A DNA stretch of 64,000 bases from Acidobacteriota bacterium (GCA_021781455.1 JAJXWV010000078.1:3991-67990); one strand, 5' to 3'; positions 1-11,002 are shown, counted from the stretch's first letter. A program made the numbers and translations. The notes: generated from the sequence alone by a model not told the origin.

Positions 1-11
1 CGTCGCTCCGC

Positions 12-1517
<1,506 letters not shown>

Positions 1518-1643
1518 CGACCGCGGGCCTCCGTGCCCGAGACCGAAACGACCTGTGGTGGCTCTCCGGAGGGGCGGACGCAGCCCGGGTTGCGTACGCC
1601 GGCCGGCGATTGCAACCCTGACTACGTCGCTTCAGTCGTTGGT

Positions 1644-1676
1644 GATCGCTGATACTTCAGCGATCGCTGATACTTC
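1644..1676. repeat. 15-bp direct repeat GATCGCTGATACTTC x2 (18-bp period) upstream of the reductase
   Basis: Copies at 1644-1658 and 1662-1676. Confidence 0.8.
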
Positions 1677-1877
1677 GTGCGAGGTTACATGAAGACGAAG
1701 AGTCTCAGAATGTCAGAATTTGCTTCTTTTTCGTAACACAATGTTGCAATCGCGACACGGGAGCGTTACAGAATCGCCTTAACGAGCGTGTGCCCCCCTG
1801 GTTCGAGTCCGCGCGGGCTGTCCGGAGGGCAGCGCGCCACCGGGATGATCTGCCCGCGTTTCGCCGCCCGCAGCCTC

Positions 1878-2240
1878 TCAGCGCGTCCGGGTTTCCGGGT
1901 GTGCTGCAGCCTCGATCAGTCCCTGATGCTTGAGGCAGTACGGCGCCCAGGGGACGGCCTCGAGCCGTTTGGCCTCGATCGGCCCGCCGTCCACGAGACA
2001 TTTTCCGAATGTCCCGGCGTCGATGCGGCTGAGCGCCTCTCGCACCTGTTGGAGGATCGTCAGATCGAGCTCCGCCTGGGTGAAATCATCGTCGGCGGCG
2101 ACATCGGCCACGCTGGAATCACCGACGTCGTGCGCGGAATCGATGAAGTGCCCACGGCTGTCTTCGATCTCCCGCCGCGTGTGGGAAGAGAGGGTCTTCT
2201 CCATGTCGAGCAGGCGTTTCTTGTAGTGCTTGACGTTCAC
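1878..2240 (-). CDS. TraR/DksA family transcription factor
   Basis: GTG start after a GGAGG RBS; coiled coil with DVGDSS tip; ALSRIDAGTFGKC..D...IEAKRLEAVPWAPYC..H. Confidence 0.9.
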   Translation of the reverse strand: MNVKHYKKRLLDMEKTLSSHTRREIEDSRGHFIDSAHDVGDSSVADVAADDDFTQAELDLTILQQVREALSRIDAGTFGKCLVDGGPIEAKRLEAVPWAPYCLKHQGLIEAAAHPETRTR

Positions 2241-2278
2241 AATCGCCTCCTGTCGCTGGCAATGGGAGGGTACTACGG

Positions 2279-2346
2279 GAGAATTGAGAATTGAGAATTG
2301 AGAATTGAGAATTGAGAATTGAGAATTGAGAATTGAGAATTGAGAA
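2279..2346. repeat. Heptamer tandem array (GAGAATT)x9 plus a partial unit
   Basis: Perfect, AT-rich 7-mer array read directly. Confidence 0.97.
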
Positions 2347-2354
2347 GGCGAACC

Positions 2355-2566
2355 CGCCCCCTCATCCGCCTTCGGCACCTTCTCCCCCGCTCTGGAATCC
2401 GCGAGTGCATGATCTGAGAACTCCGACGCGGGGGAGAAGGGTCTCCATTCTTGCTTTCTCGCGAGAACGAACATCGAGGACCTTCTCCCCCGCGGCCAAC
2501 CGCGCGAAGTGTGGTGCCGTCAGCAGCGGAGCGGGGGAGAAGGTGCCGAAGGCGGATGAGGGGGCG
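2355..2566. repeat. Palindromic REP/RPE-like element with perfect 38-bp terminal inverted repeats
   Basis: CGCCCCCTCATCCGCCTTCGGCACCTTCTCCCCCGCTC at 2355-2392 and its reverse complement at 2529-2566; internal CCTTCTCCCCCGC/GCGGGGGAGAAGG hairpins; related partial copy at ~27038-27073. Confidence 0.9.
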
Positions 2567-2623
2567 CCATGCGGGATTCCGCGCCGGGATCGCGGGACAT
2601 TCAGCACTCAGCACTTCGCCCGG

Positions 2624-4380
2624 CTACAAGGTCGGCCGGCTCTCCTGCGCCATCACTCTTCCGATCTCACGCCAGGTCACGAGCTTCACGCCGTTGACCT
2701 GGAGCAGGTCGCGGAAGGCGTCGCTCGTCAGGAAGTCGAAATCGCGCTGGCGCCAGGCCGAGCCCCAGTTCGGGTGATCGACCGTGACGGACCGCATCTC
2801 CTCGTCGTCGTATGCGATGTGCACGATGAGCTCCGTCACTCCTGGCTCGAGCTTGCGGATCACGCCGGCGTAGAAGTCCCCCCATCCTTCGGGCGCGACC
2901 TCGGGGCCGATCGTCACGAAGCGGTCGATGACCACGTCGTCCGCGGTGATGAGCGGACCAAGCGACGGATCCTCGAGGAAGGCCGCCGGGATGGCCGCCG
3001 GAATCCTCCACTCCCGCGAAACGCGCAGGAGCATTCCGAACAGCGCCGCGTTCAAGTGAAGCGTGCGCATGTGCGCGTCGAGGTGCGTCGGCCTAACGCC
3101 CGCTTCGCGCAGTTTTTCGATCTGCGCGCGCACCTCGGCCTCTGCTTCCCGCACGTCGGCATGCGCGGCGGCCTGGTCCTCGGTCGCGTAGAAGTTGCCG
3201 CTCGCGTCCAGCAGCGAACGGACGTCCGCCTTCGGCAGCACTCCACCCCATCGATATCCCTTCCATTCGGCGGTCAGGGTCAGGTGCACGCCGAGGTCGG
3301 CGTCGGGGTGCTGGCGCGCCCATGCGGCGATCTCCTCGAATGAGGTACAGGGGACCATGATGCTGGCCGAGCTCACGAGCCCGCCGGTAAGCGCCCTGGT
3401 CGATGCCGCGTTGACGGAGTGCGCCATGCCGAGATCGTCGGCATGAACGATGAGGAGCTTCGTGCCTGCCGGATATCCGAGCCGCTCGGCGAGAGGCGTT
3501 GGCGAGGCCGGCGCAGGACGGACGGGCGGCGGGAAGACCTCCATCAGCGTGAAATCGACCCAGAAGATCGCTTCGGTGTTCGGCACGGCGCCCAGCAGGG
3601 CCTGGCCGATTTTCTGCGGAGGATCGTCGAATCGGATCCACCAGGGGCGGTCCGCTCTGTACCCGATCTGGAAGGCGACGGGCGCCGGCGCGAGTGCGTG
3701 GCCCCACGCGGAAAATTCTTTAACCATCGAATCGAGATCGGGAAAGATCTGCCCGTCGTTGATGAACACAATGCCGTCGCGCTCGGCCGGCGGCATCTTC
3801 TCGACGAGCCAGTGCTTCAGGAAGAGCCTGTAGTTCGAGCCGTGGCGGCGGATCGCACGGACCCACGCCCGCGCCTGCTCGTCGCTGACCGGATCGCCGG
3901 CGTCGGGCGTGCTGGAGCGGTACCACTCCACGTCGATACCGAAGCCCTGCACCGAGCGATGGCCTCCGTAGCGGCTCAGCACGACGTCGATGAGCTCCTC
4001 GACTGAAGCATGCGAGGGCTCGACCTGCAGCCAGACGCGGTAGCCGAGGCGATCGAAGCGCGCCAGCGCAGCCTCGTTGGCGTCCTCGGAAGAACCGGTG
4101 ATGAGAGGATCGCGTGCCGTCACAGGAAAGTTGAGGAGAATGCCGTTCCCGTTCTTCTTGCCCACGATCCAGATCGCTTCGGGGACGGCGCCGTCGAAAT
4201 GCTTCGCCATTTCGACTCCGGTGCGCGCCCAGTATTCCGGTCCGGGGTCATGCGGGGGACCGTAGACCGAGTATCGGAAGCCGGCGCCCTTCGGAGGAGG
4301 CGACTGAAGGCCTGTTGAGGCACACCCTGCCATCGTAAGCGCAACGAGCAGCGCCGGGAAATCCAGGCTCGTCTCTTCAT
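2624..4380 (-). CDS. Lipoprotein with an uncharacterised N-terminal (TIM-barrel-like?) domain fused to a YdjC/ChbG carbohydrate deacetylase; 5' end apparently frameshifted near 4360
   Basis: HADDLG, HLTL, HLDAHM, TELIVH motifs. Lipobox LTMAGC joins the MKRRAWI start only if one base is added at the A-run 4359-4361. Uninterrupted ORF is 2624-4333. Confidence 0.8.
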
Positions 4381-4515
4381 GGACCGATGCTAACGACGGT
4401 CCCGCCCCCTAACAGCCGCGTCCGTCACCTCCGGGTGTGGAGAGCGGACATAGCTGTCCGCGGCGGCCGCAGTCCATGCACGAGAGTTGCTGTGCTGTTA
4501 GAGAAGGAGGAGACG

Positions 4516-4947
4516 ATGGACCAGACTCGAGCGGTGACGAATTCCGAGGAGACTCCGGTCAATCGCGTGACGGTCGACGAGGTCAGGGCACGCCTCGACC
4601 GGCGTGAGCCGATCGTCTTCGTGGACAGTCGAAGCGAAAAGGCGTGGAACGGCTCCGAAGTGAAGATCCGGGGAGCGTTCCGAGTATCGCCGGAGCGCGC
4701 CGATGAGTTCCTGTCGCGCGTTCCGAAGGACCGCGGCGGCATCATCACCTACTGCACGTGACCGAACGAAGGATCAAGCGCCCGTGTGGCGCAGGTGCTG
4801 ATTCGTGCGGGGTTCAAGGACGTGCATGCGCTGCACGGCGGGTTGGAGGCGTGGCAGTCGGCCGGCGGCGCAGTCGAGCCGAAAGATGCGACCGCCGAAA
4901 TCCGCCCGCGCGACGAACAACGCCAGGACGAAGGACGGCGGGCCTGA
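4516..4947 (+). CDS. Rhodanese-like domain protein with in-frame TGA (4759-4761), probable selenocysteine
   Basis: AAGGAGG RBS; VFVDSRS, KIRGA, IITYCT-TGA-PNEGSSARVAQVL..AGFKDVHALHGGLEAW continues the domain in frame. Confidence 0.85.
4771..4804 (+). promoter_or_regulatory. Candidate bacterial SECIS hairpin
   Basis: GGATCA-A-GCGCC-CGTGT-GGCGC-AGGTGC-TGATTC begins ~10 nt after the TGA; G-containing apical loop. Confidence 0.5.
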
Positions 4948-4954
4948 CGTGTAG

Positions 4955-5614
4955 CTACGAGGGAAGCTCGAGACCGGTGTCGTCAAGTCGCGCCGGCGCG
5001 GGCAGGTCGCGGCTCGTGACCACGTCCACGCCCGCGGAGCGCATCTCGTCGAAGGCGCGCTCGATGTCTCCCCGTTCGAGCTCCACGCCGCGGCAGGCGT
5101 CGCGGATCACGTGCGTGCGGAAGCCCAGCCTCACCGCGTCACCCGCCGACCAGAGCACGCAGTAGTCGGTGGCCAGACCGCAGAGATAGACGTCGCTGAC
5201 TCCGTTCTTCCGCAGCTCGTCTTCCAGCCCTGTCGACTTGCGGCGGCCGTTGTCGAAGAAAGCGCTGTAGCTGTCGATCGAGGGATCGGTCCCTTTGCGC
5301 ACGATCCACTGGATCCGCGAGCGGACGAGATCGGGATGAAGCTCTGCGCCTTTCGTCCCCTGAACGCAGTGATCGGGCCAGAGGATCTGCTCGAGACCCG
5401 CGAGGTCGATGACTTCTCCCGGTTTCCTGCCGGGGTGGTTGGAGGCGAAGCTGCCGTGGTTCGCGGGATGCCAGTCCTGCGTGGCCACGACCAGCCCGAA
5501 CTGCGGCTGCAGGCGGTTGATGACCGGGACGACCTCGTTTCCACGCACGGTCGGCAACGCACCACCGGGCATGAAGTCGTTCTGAACATCGACGATCACG
5601 AGTGCGCGATTCAT
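4955..5614 (-). CDS. pncA: Nicotinamidase/pyrazinamidase
   Basis: VDVQNDF, QDWHP, WPDHC, KG...DSYSAF, GLATDYCV. Confidence 0.95.
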   Translation of the reverse strand: MNRALVIVDVQNDFMPGGALPTVRGNEVVPVINRLQPQFGLVVATQDWHPANHGSFASNHPGRKPGEVIDLAGLEQILWPDHCVQGTKGAELHPDLVRSRIQWIVRKGTDPSIDSYSAFFDNGRRKSTGLEDELRKNGVSDVYLCGLATDYCVLWSAGDAVRLGFRTHVIRDACRGVELERGDIERAFDEMRSAGVDVVTSRDLPAPARLDDTGLELPS

Positions 5615-5743
5615 CGTCGGCTGCGTCTCCTTTCATCGTTGTGAGCAAGAGATCGGCCCGGTTCATTTCCTCTTGCCGCGGATCGCCTCTTGCACGCTGC
5701 TGGTGACTGGCCCGAGATCCAACGACCAAAAGGAGAAAAAGTC

Positions 5744-6349
5744 ATGGCACAAACGAGAGACGAACGAAGTGGCAGAGGTGACATCGAGCGAGCACAGCCG
5801 CTGCAGCGCGAGCAATCCGGACGTTCCGACGAGGGACGGCGAATTCCGGCGCGGCGCGAGGCGCGGGCGTTGAGCCCGTTAGATCCGTTCGGGCTCACGC
5901 GCTCGCTCCGCAGCGAGATGGACCGTTTCTTCGACAACCTCGGCCTCCGCGGCAGCCTGTTTCCGTCCCTCAGCTTCGAGCGCGGGTTCGACGAGATGGA
6001 GCGTGCCGTCTGGTCGCCGCAGATCGAGATGTACGAGAAGGACGGCAAGATACACATCTGTGCCGATCTGCCGGGCCTGAAGAAGGACGACGTGAAGATC
6101 GACCTCAAGGACGACGTCCTGACCATCCACGGCGAGCGCCGGCGTGAGCAGCGCGATGAGGAAGGCGGATGGACCGAGCGCAGCTACGGCAGCTTCCTGC
6201 GATCGATCCCGCTTCCCGAGGGGATCAACGCCGAGAGCGCCAGCGCCCTGTTCGAGAACGGCGTTCTCAACATCATCTTCGATGCACCGAAGCGGCAGGA
6301 ATCGAGAGGGAGGTCGATCGAGATCCGCGAGGGCAGCGTGAGGAAGTGA
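5744..6349 (+). CDS. Hsp20/alpha-crystallin small heat-shock protein
   Basis: ADLPG, LTIHGER, ERSYGSFLRSIPLP, FENGVL, C-terminal IEI; AAGGAG RBS. Confidence 0.95.
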   Translation: MAQTRDERSGRGDIERAQPLQREQSGRSDEGRRIPARREARALSPLDPFGLTRSLRSEMDRFFDNLGLRGSLFPSLSFERGFDEMERAVWSPQIEMYEKDGKIHICADLPGLKKDDVKIDLKDDVLTIHGERRREQRDEEGGWTERSYGSFLRSIPLPEGINAESASALFENGVLNIIFDAPKRQESRGRSIEIREGSVRK

Positions 6350-6360
6350 AGTGAGCGATA

Positions 6361-6442
6361 GGTCCCAGAGGTCTCAGAGGTCCCATCTGTCCCATGTTTC
6401 CCATTCGACGGGACCTCTGGGACTGACGGGACCTCTGGGACT
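6361..6442. repeat. Nonamer-repeat element with inverted arms (GTCCCAGAG... / ...CTCTGGGAC)
   Basis: Degenerate 9-mers on both arms, between convergent genes. Confidence 0.7.
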
Positions 6443-6447
6443 CGTGG

Positions 6448-6864
6448 TCATGGGCGCAATGGTCGTGCGTTCCGCGCGCAGTCGCGCACGGCGTCGCTGA
6501 GCGCCTTACGCGCAAACGGCTTGTGCAGAACGCGAAAGACACCGGCATCATCGAGGCGCTGCACGAGATCGTCGTCGTTTTCCGTGGTCGCCGCCACGAC
6601 GTGCTGCAGTGCGTCTTCCGATCCCGCCAGGAAATCGAACACGGGCGCGAATCCGGCGACCGGGCTCGGCTCAACGACCACCACGGCATAGGCGATCGTC
6701 CTCAGCCGCGCGATGGCCAGGCGCGCATCCGACACTTCGTCCACGACAAAACCCTCATTGCGGAGAATGGATGCTGCCACCCCGCAGAAGTCGGGATTGT
6801 CGTCGACAATCAGCACCGCCTGCCGCAACGCGATCTCCTCTTCTCGACGCTCCTGGCTCGTCAC
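6448..6864 (-). CDS. Stand-alone receiver (REC) domain protein, atypical phosphoacceptor
   Basis: LIVDDN...VLHKPF; the expected Asp position reads VVVVEP. Confidence 0.8.
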   Translation of the reverse strand: MTSQERREEEIALRQAVLIVDDNPDFCGVAASILRNEGFVVDEVSDARLAIARLRTIAYAVVVVEPSPVAGFAPVFDFLAGSEDALQHVVAATTENDDDLVQRLDDAGVFRVLHKPFARKALSDAVRDCARNARPLRP

Positions 6865-6884
6865 GGTGAGTCACCGTCGAGGAC

Positions 6885-8453
6885 TCATGCCGTCGCTTCC
6901 ACATCGATGTTGAATCTCCTGACGAAGATCTGCTGCAGCTCCTCCACGCGGATCGGCTTCGTGAGATGCGCGTCGAAACCGGCCGCCGTGGCCTTGTCCT
7001 TGTCGTCGGCCTGGCCGAACCCGGTCAGCGCGATCAGCAGGATCGGATCGGACAGGTCCTCCCGCACGCGCCGCGCCACTTCGTAACCGTCGAGGCCGGG
7101 CATGCCGATGTCGATGATGGCCACGTCGGGACGGCTCTCCGTGATCCGGCGCAACCCGCTGTGGCCGTCCGAGGCCGTTTCCACGAGGTGCCCGAGCTTC
7201 TTGAGCTTGAGCTGCAGCAGGTCGCGGATGTCGGCGTTGTCGTCGACGATGACGATGCGCCGGGTGGCGCAGACGAGCTCCGCCGCCGTCGGCCGCGAGG
7301 GCGCCGCCGCCGGCAGGACCGCCTGTTCTTCCGCCAGCGGAAGGGTGACCGTGAAGGTGCTCCCCTGGTCCAGCCCCGGGCTTCGAGCCTCGACCTCTCC
7401 GCCGTGAAGCTGCACGAGAGTCCGCACGAGATGCAACCCGATGCCCATGCCTCCCTGAGCGCGTCCGATGGCGTTCTCGGCCTGGCTGAACAACTCGAAG
7501 ATCGAGTCGATGCGCTGCCGCGAGATGCCCACGCCGGTATCCGAGACCACGATGGCCGCCTTCCCCTCGCGCTTTTCCGTCCGGACCGCGATGCGACCGC
7601 CGGCGGTGGTGTACTTGAGAGCGTTGGTGATCAGGTTCGTGATGATCTGCTCGACGCGCAAGGCATCCGCGTGCACGACCAGAGGCTCGTCGGCGGCCTG
7701 GAAGCTGAGGCCGATCTCGCGCCGGGAGCTGTCGCCCTGCTGCGACTCCACACATTGCCGGACCACGGAGCTGAGCTCGAGCAGGCCGAGCTTCAAGGCG
7801 ATCTTCCCGGTGGTGATGCGCGACAGGTCGAGCAGATCGTCGACCAGACTGGAGAGATGGTGGGCCTGCCGCTCGATGCGCTCGGCATGCTGGGCATCGA
7901 GGGTGGCCGTCAGGGGATCGACCATCTGCGCGGCCAGGACGATCGCGCCTAACGGATTGCGCAGCTCGTGCCCCAGGATCGCCAGGAAGCGGTCGCGCTC
8001 GGTGATGCGGTCCTCGAGCTTGGCCAGAAGGTCGCGGATCTCGTATTGACGCGTCCGGGCCCTGGCCACCGCCTGAACGATGCTCACCACGCTCTTCATT
8101 CGCACCGGCCGGTCGACCAGCGTGACGTTGGCGCGCGGCCCGAGCTCCTCGAGCCGGCGCAGATAGCGGTGATCCGAATCGGGCCCAGTAAAGATCACGA
8201 TCGGGAAGTCGGACCACAAGGGCTGGTCGTCGATGAAGCTGCGCAGCGTCCGCACCACCGGCGGAACGAGGACTTCCTCGGTCGTCAGAAGCGCCAGGGA
8301 TTCGTTCCCCAGCCCCCGCTCCAGCTGCGAAACGTGCGGCACTTCGCCGGACGCCACGCCCGCGGCCTGCAGCACCCCCTTCAACAGCTCCGCGTCACGA
8401 CGGACCGGAGTGCAGATCAGTGCGGGCGAAGAGTGGACCGCCTGTTCGATCAT
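6885..8453 (-). CDS. Hybrid histidine kinase (pseudo-REC, HisKA, HATPase, REC)
   Basis: LGHELRNPL, NALKY, DTGVG, GMGIGL, IVDDN, IIDIGMP, HLTKP. Confidence 0.93.
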   Translation of the reverse strand: MIEQAVHSSPALICTPVRRDAELLKGVLQAAGVASGEVPHVSQLERGLGNESLALLTTEEVLVPPVVRTLRSFIDDQPLWSDFPIVIFTGPDSDHRYLRRLEELGPRANVTLVDRPVRMKSVVSIVQAVARARTRQYEIRDLLAKLEDRITERDRFLAILGHELRNPLGAIVLAAQMVDPLTATLDAQHAERIERQAHHLSSLVDDLLDLSRITTGKIALKLGLLELSSVVRQCVESQQGDSSRREIGLSFQAADEPLVVHADALRVEQIITNLITNALKYTTAGGRIAVRTEKREGKAAIVVSDTGVGISRQRIDSIFELFSQAENAIGRAQGGMGIGLHLVRTLVQLHGGEVEARSPGLDQGSTFTVTLPLAEEQAVLPAAAPSRPTAAELVCATRRIVIVDDNADIRDLLQLKLKKLGHLVETASDGHSGLRRITESRPDVAIIDIGMPGLDGYEVARRVREDLSDPILLIALTGFGQADDKDKATAAGFDAHLTKPIRVEELQQIFVRRFNIDVEATA

Positions 8454-8478
8454 GGCGCGGCTCTTTCTCCCCCGATGC

Positions 8479-9963
8479 TCAAGGCGCGCCCATCCCTAAC
8501 GGCGGGTTCACTTCTTCGATGACCGGCGTGCCGGAAAGGACGCCGCGGAATCGCGTGAGCGCCGAGCCGATCTTGATCCCGTGCGCGGTGATCTGCAGCT
8601 CGCGAATCGAGGTCTCGTGAGCGCCGCTCCGCTTCTTGATCACCGAAATCGCCTTCCGGACCTGCCCCTGCGCTTCGAAATACCGGAGAAGAACCACGGA
8701 GTCGGCCAGATAGCTGATGTCCACGGTCGTCATCATCTGGCTACCGAGAAGACCGTGCTGCGCGAACACGAGAATCGTGGCGATGCCGTGCTGTCCGAGA
8801 AACGCCAGCAGCTCGTGCAGGTGGAGAAGGAGGTACTTCTCCTCGGGCATGGCATTGAGATAGCCGTTCAGGCTGTCGATGATCAGGACGCGCACGTCGT
8901 GATGCTCGACGGCCTCGCGAACCAGTTGCGCGAACTCGCCCGGCTGCAGCTCCGCCGGATCGACCTGCTGCACCATGATCTTTCCTGCCGCCACGAGCTC
9001 GGTCAGGTTGTAGCCGATGGCGTCGGAGCGATTGAACAGCGTGGTCAGGCTCTCGTCGAACGTGAAGAAGGCCGCGCCCTCGCCGCGCTGTGCCGCCGCC
9101 ACCGCGTACTGAGTGGCCAGCGCCGACTTCCCCGATCCGGCCGGACCCATGATCAGCGTGCTGGTGCCGCGGTCGAGGCCGCCGCCGAGAAGCGAGTCGA
9201 CTTCCGGGATCCCGCTGGAGACGAAGCTCTGCATGACGCGCATGCGCGACTCCGCCGCCACCAGGCGCGGGTAAACGACGATGCCCCCGGTGATGATGTT
9301 GAAATCGTGGTAGCCGGCGCGGAACTTCAGTCCGCGCACTTTCACCATCTGCAGCCGCCGGCGGGCCATGCCGTAATTCGGAGTGAAGCGCTCCATCTCC
9401 AGCACGCCGTGAGGGACGCTCTGCAGCTGCATGTCCTTCACGTCGGAGGTGCGGTCGTCGAGCAGCAGCGCCGTGATCCTGCGGGAATCGAAGAACTGCT
9501 TCAGGGCCAGGATCTGCTTCCGGTAGCGCAGAGAGCTCTGCGCCAGCAGACGAATCTCGGAGAGCGAGTCGAGCACCACCCGGTCGGGCGCGGCCTCGTC
9601 GATGGCGTCGAGCATCTTCTTGACCGCCGGACCGAGCTCGATCTCCGAGGCCTGGAAAATCGTGGAGTCTTCCTCGGCCAGCTCGTCCTCTCCGACCAGC
9701 TGCTCGACGATCTGGATGGGATCGAGATTCCATCCGTGCGATCGGGCCACGGCCCGCAGGTCGCGTTCCGATTCCGACATGGTGATGTACAGACCCCGCT
9801 CGCCGTTCCTCGCTCCCTCGAGCAGAAACTGCAGGGAGAGCGTCGTCTTGCCGACGCCGGGGTCGCCCTGGACGAGGTAAATGTGATTGCGCGGAAAGCC
9901 GCCATTCAGGATCCGGTCGAGCCCCTCGATTCCGGTGGCGGCGGCGTCGTCTTCAAAAGACAT
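8479..9963 (-). CDS. KaiC-like double-domain RecA-family ATPase
   Basis: Two P-loops GDPGVGKT and GPAGSGKS; VVLDS and LIIDS Walker B; VKVRG and IKKRS fingers. Confidence 0.92.
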   Translation of the reverse strand: MSFEDDAAATGIEGLDRILNGGFPRNHIYLVQGDPGVGKTTLSLQFLLEGARNGERGLYITMSESERDLRAVARSHGWNLDPIQIVEQLVGEDELAEEDSTIFQASEIELGPAVKKMLDAIDEAAPDRVVLDSLSEIRLLAQSSLRYRKQILALKQFFDSRRITALLLDDRTSDVKDMQLQSVPHGVLEMERFTPNYGMARRRLQMVKVRGLKFRAGYHDFNIITGGIVVYPRLVAAESRMRVMQSFVSSGIPEVDSLLGGGLDRGTSTLIMGPAGSGKSALATQYAVAAAQRGEGAAFFTFDESLTTLFNRSDAIGYNLTELVAAGKIMVQQVDPAELQPGEFAQLVREAVEHHDVRVLIIDSLNGYLNAMPEEKYLLLHLHELLAFLGQHGIATILVFAQHGLLGSQMMTTVDISYLADSVVLLRYFEAQGQVRKAISVIKKRSGAHETSIRELQITAHGIKIGSALTRFRGVLSGTPVIEEVNPPLGMGAP

Positions 9964-10022
9964 CGCTGTTTCTCCTTGTGGTGCGACCCGTTGGTGGTTC
10001 TCTTTTCAAAATCCCCGCCCAC

Positions 10023-10038
10023 CGGCACGAGAGATGCT
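10023..10038 (+). promoter_or_regulatory. Putative sigma54 promoter
   Basis: CGGCACGAGAGATGCT (GG-N10-GC); predicted start of transcription falls just before the GGGAGG RBS of the 10064 gene. Confidence 0.5.
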
Positions 10039-10063
10039 CTCGGAGATTTCGGGAGGCCGCCGG

Positions 10064-11002
10064 ATGGCGTCATCCACCGCAGTCAAAATTCAAAATCCAA
10101 GCCGACTCGACCTTTTGCGCGAGGCGCACCTTCTCGGACCTGCGAACGGCGAAGCCTTCGACCGGCTGACCCGGATGGCCTCGAGGCTTCTCGATGCGCC
10201 GGGCGCGCTGATCTACCTGGCCGGGGAAGGGCACGGGTTCTACGGAAGTGTCATTGGAGGCGTTGCGGCGCCGCATGCTGACGTCGGGGGCGAAGGCCTT
10301 CTGCAGCGGGCGATACGCTCTCCGGCTGCGGTGGCCATCGATGACATCCATGCGGCGGGGATCGTCTCCGATCCTCTGCTCGGCGACTTCCATGCGCAGG
10401 CCTTTCTCGGTGCGCCTCTCGTCGTTCGCGGAATCGCCCTCGGCTCGTTCATCGTCGTCGACGTCCGGCCGCGGCACTGGTCGGAGCCGGAGATCCGCCT
10501 GATCGGCAGGCTCGCGCAGTCGGCGGCCGGCGAGATCGAGCTTCGTCTGGCCGCAACGGCAGTGGAGAGCTCGCGCGAAGGGACGCCGAAAGAAGCCTCG
10601 GCGAGCAACCGCCGCCGCGTCCTCATTGCCGAAGACGACGCGCCGATGCGAAAGCTCATCGTGCACTGCCTCGCCGGCGACGATTACGAAATCGAGGAGG
10701 CCCACGACGGGCGGGAGACCCTGGAGATCCTCCGGAAGCAACGGGTGGACGCCCTGGTTCTCGACCTGATCATGCCCGATCTCTCCGGCTGGGACGTCCT
10801 GCAGAAGCGCACCGAGGACGAGCGTCTGCGCCAGATTCCGGTGATCGTGGTCAGCGGCCGGCGCGGCCCCGACATCGCCCGAGCCGTGGCCTTCGGAATC
10901 TCGGGACTCCTGCCGAAGCCGTTCGAGGCCGGCGACCTGCGCGAGCTGGTCCGGTCGTGCCTGACCGAGAATCGAGCCGGCGGCCGCATCGCGGCGCACT
11001 GA
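10064..11002 (+). CDS. GAF + receiver domain signalling protein
   Basis: AFDRLTRMASRLL, AFLGAPL, VDVRPRHW; C-terminal REC with AEDD, LDLIMP, PKPF. Confidence 0.85.
   Translation: MASSTAVKIQNPSRLDLLREAHLLGPANGEAFDRLTRMASRLLDAPGALIYLAGEGHGFYGSVIGGVAAPHADVGGEGLLQRAIRSPAAVAIDDIHAAGIVSDPLLGDFHAQAFLGAPLVVRGIALGSFIVVDVRPRHWSEPEIRLIGRLAQSAAGEIELRLAATAVESSREGTPKEASASNRRRVLIAEDDAPMRKLIVHCLAGDDYEIEEAHDGRETLEILRKQRVDALVLDLIMPDLSGWDVLQKRTEDERLRQIPVIVVSGRRGPDIARAVAFGISGLLPKPFEAGDLRELVRSCLTENRAGGRIAAH

Noticed and set aside
2279..2346. Tandem arrays as CRISPR
   Set aside because: Units are 7-9 nt with no unique spacers, and there are no cas genes.
2241..2474. N-terminal extension of the DksA ORF (SQFSILN repeats)
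   Set aside because: It is a translation of the heptamer and palindrome repeats; a better RBS plus GTG lies at 2240.
4387..4761. Rhodanese as a truncated 124-aa ORF or pseudogene
   Set aside because: The RBS supports the ATG at 4516, and the domain continues intact past a TGA at a Cys-equivalent position.
8479..9963. Circadian clock
   Set aside because: No kaiA or kaiB nearby, and the ST phosphosite pair reads SY.
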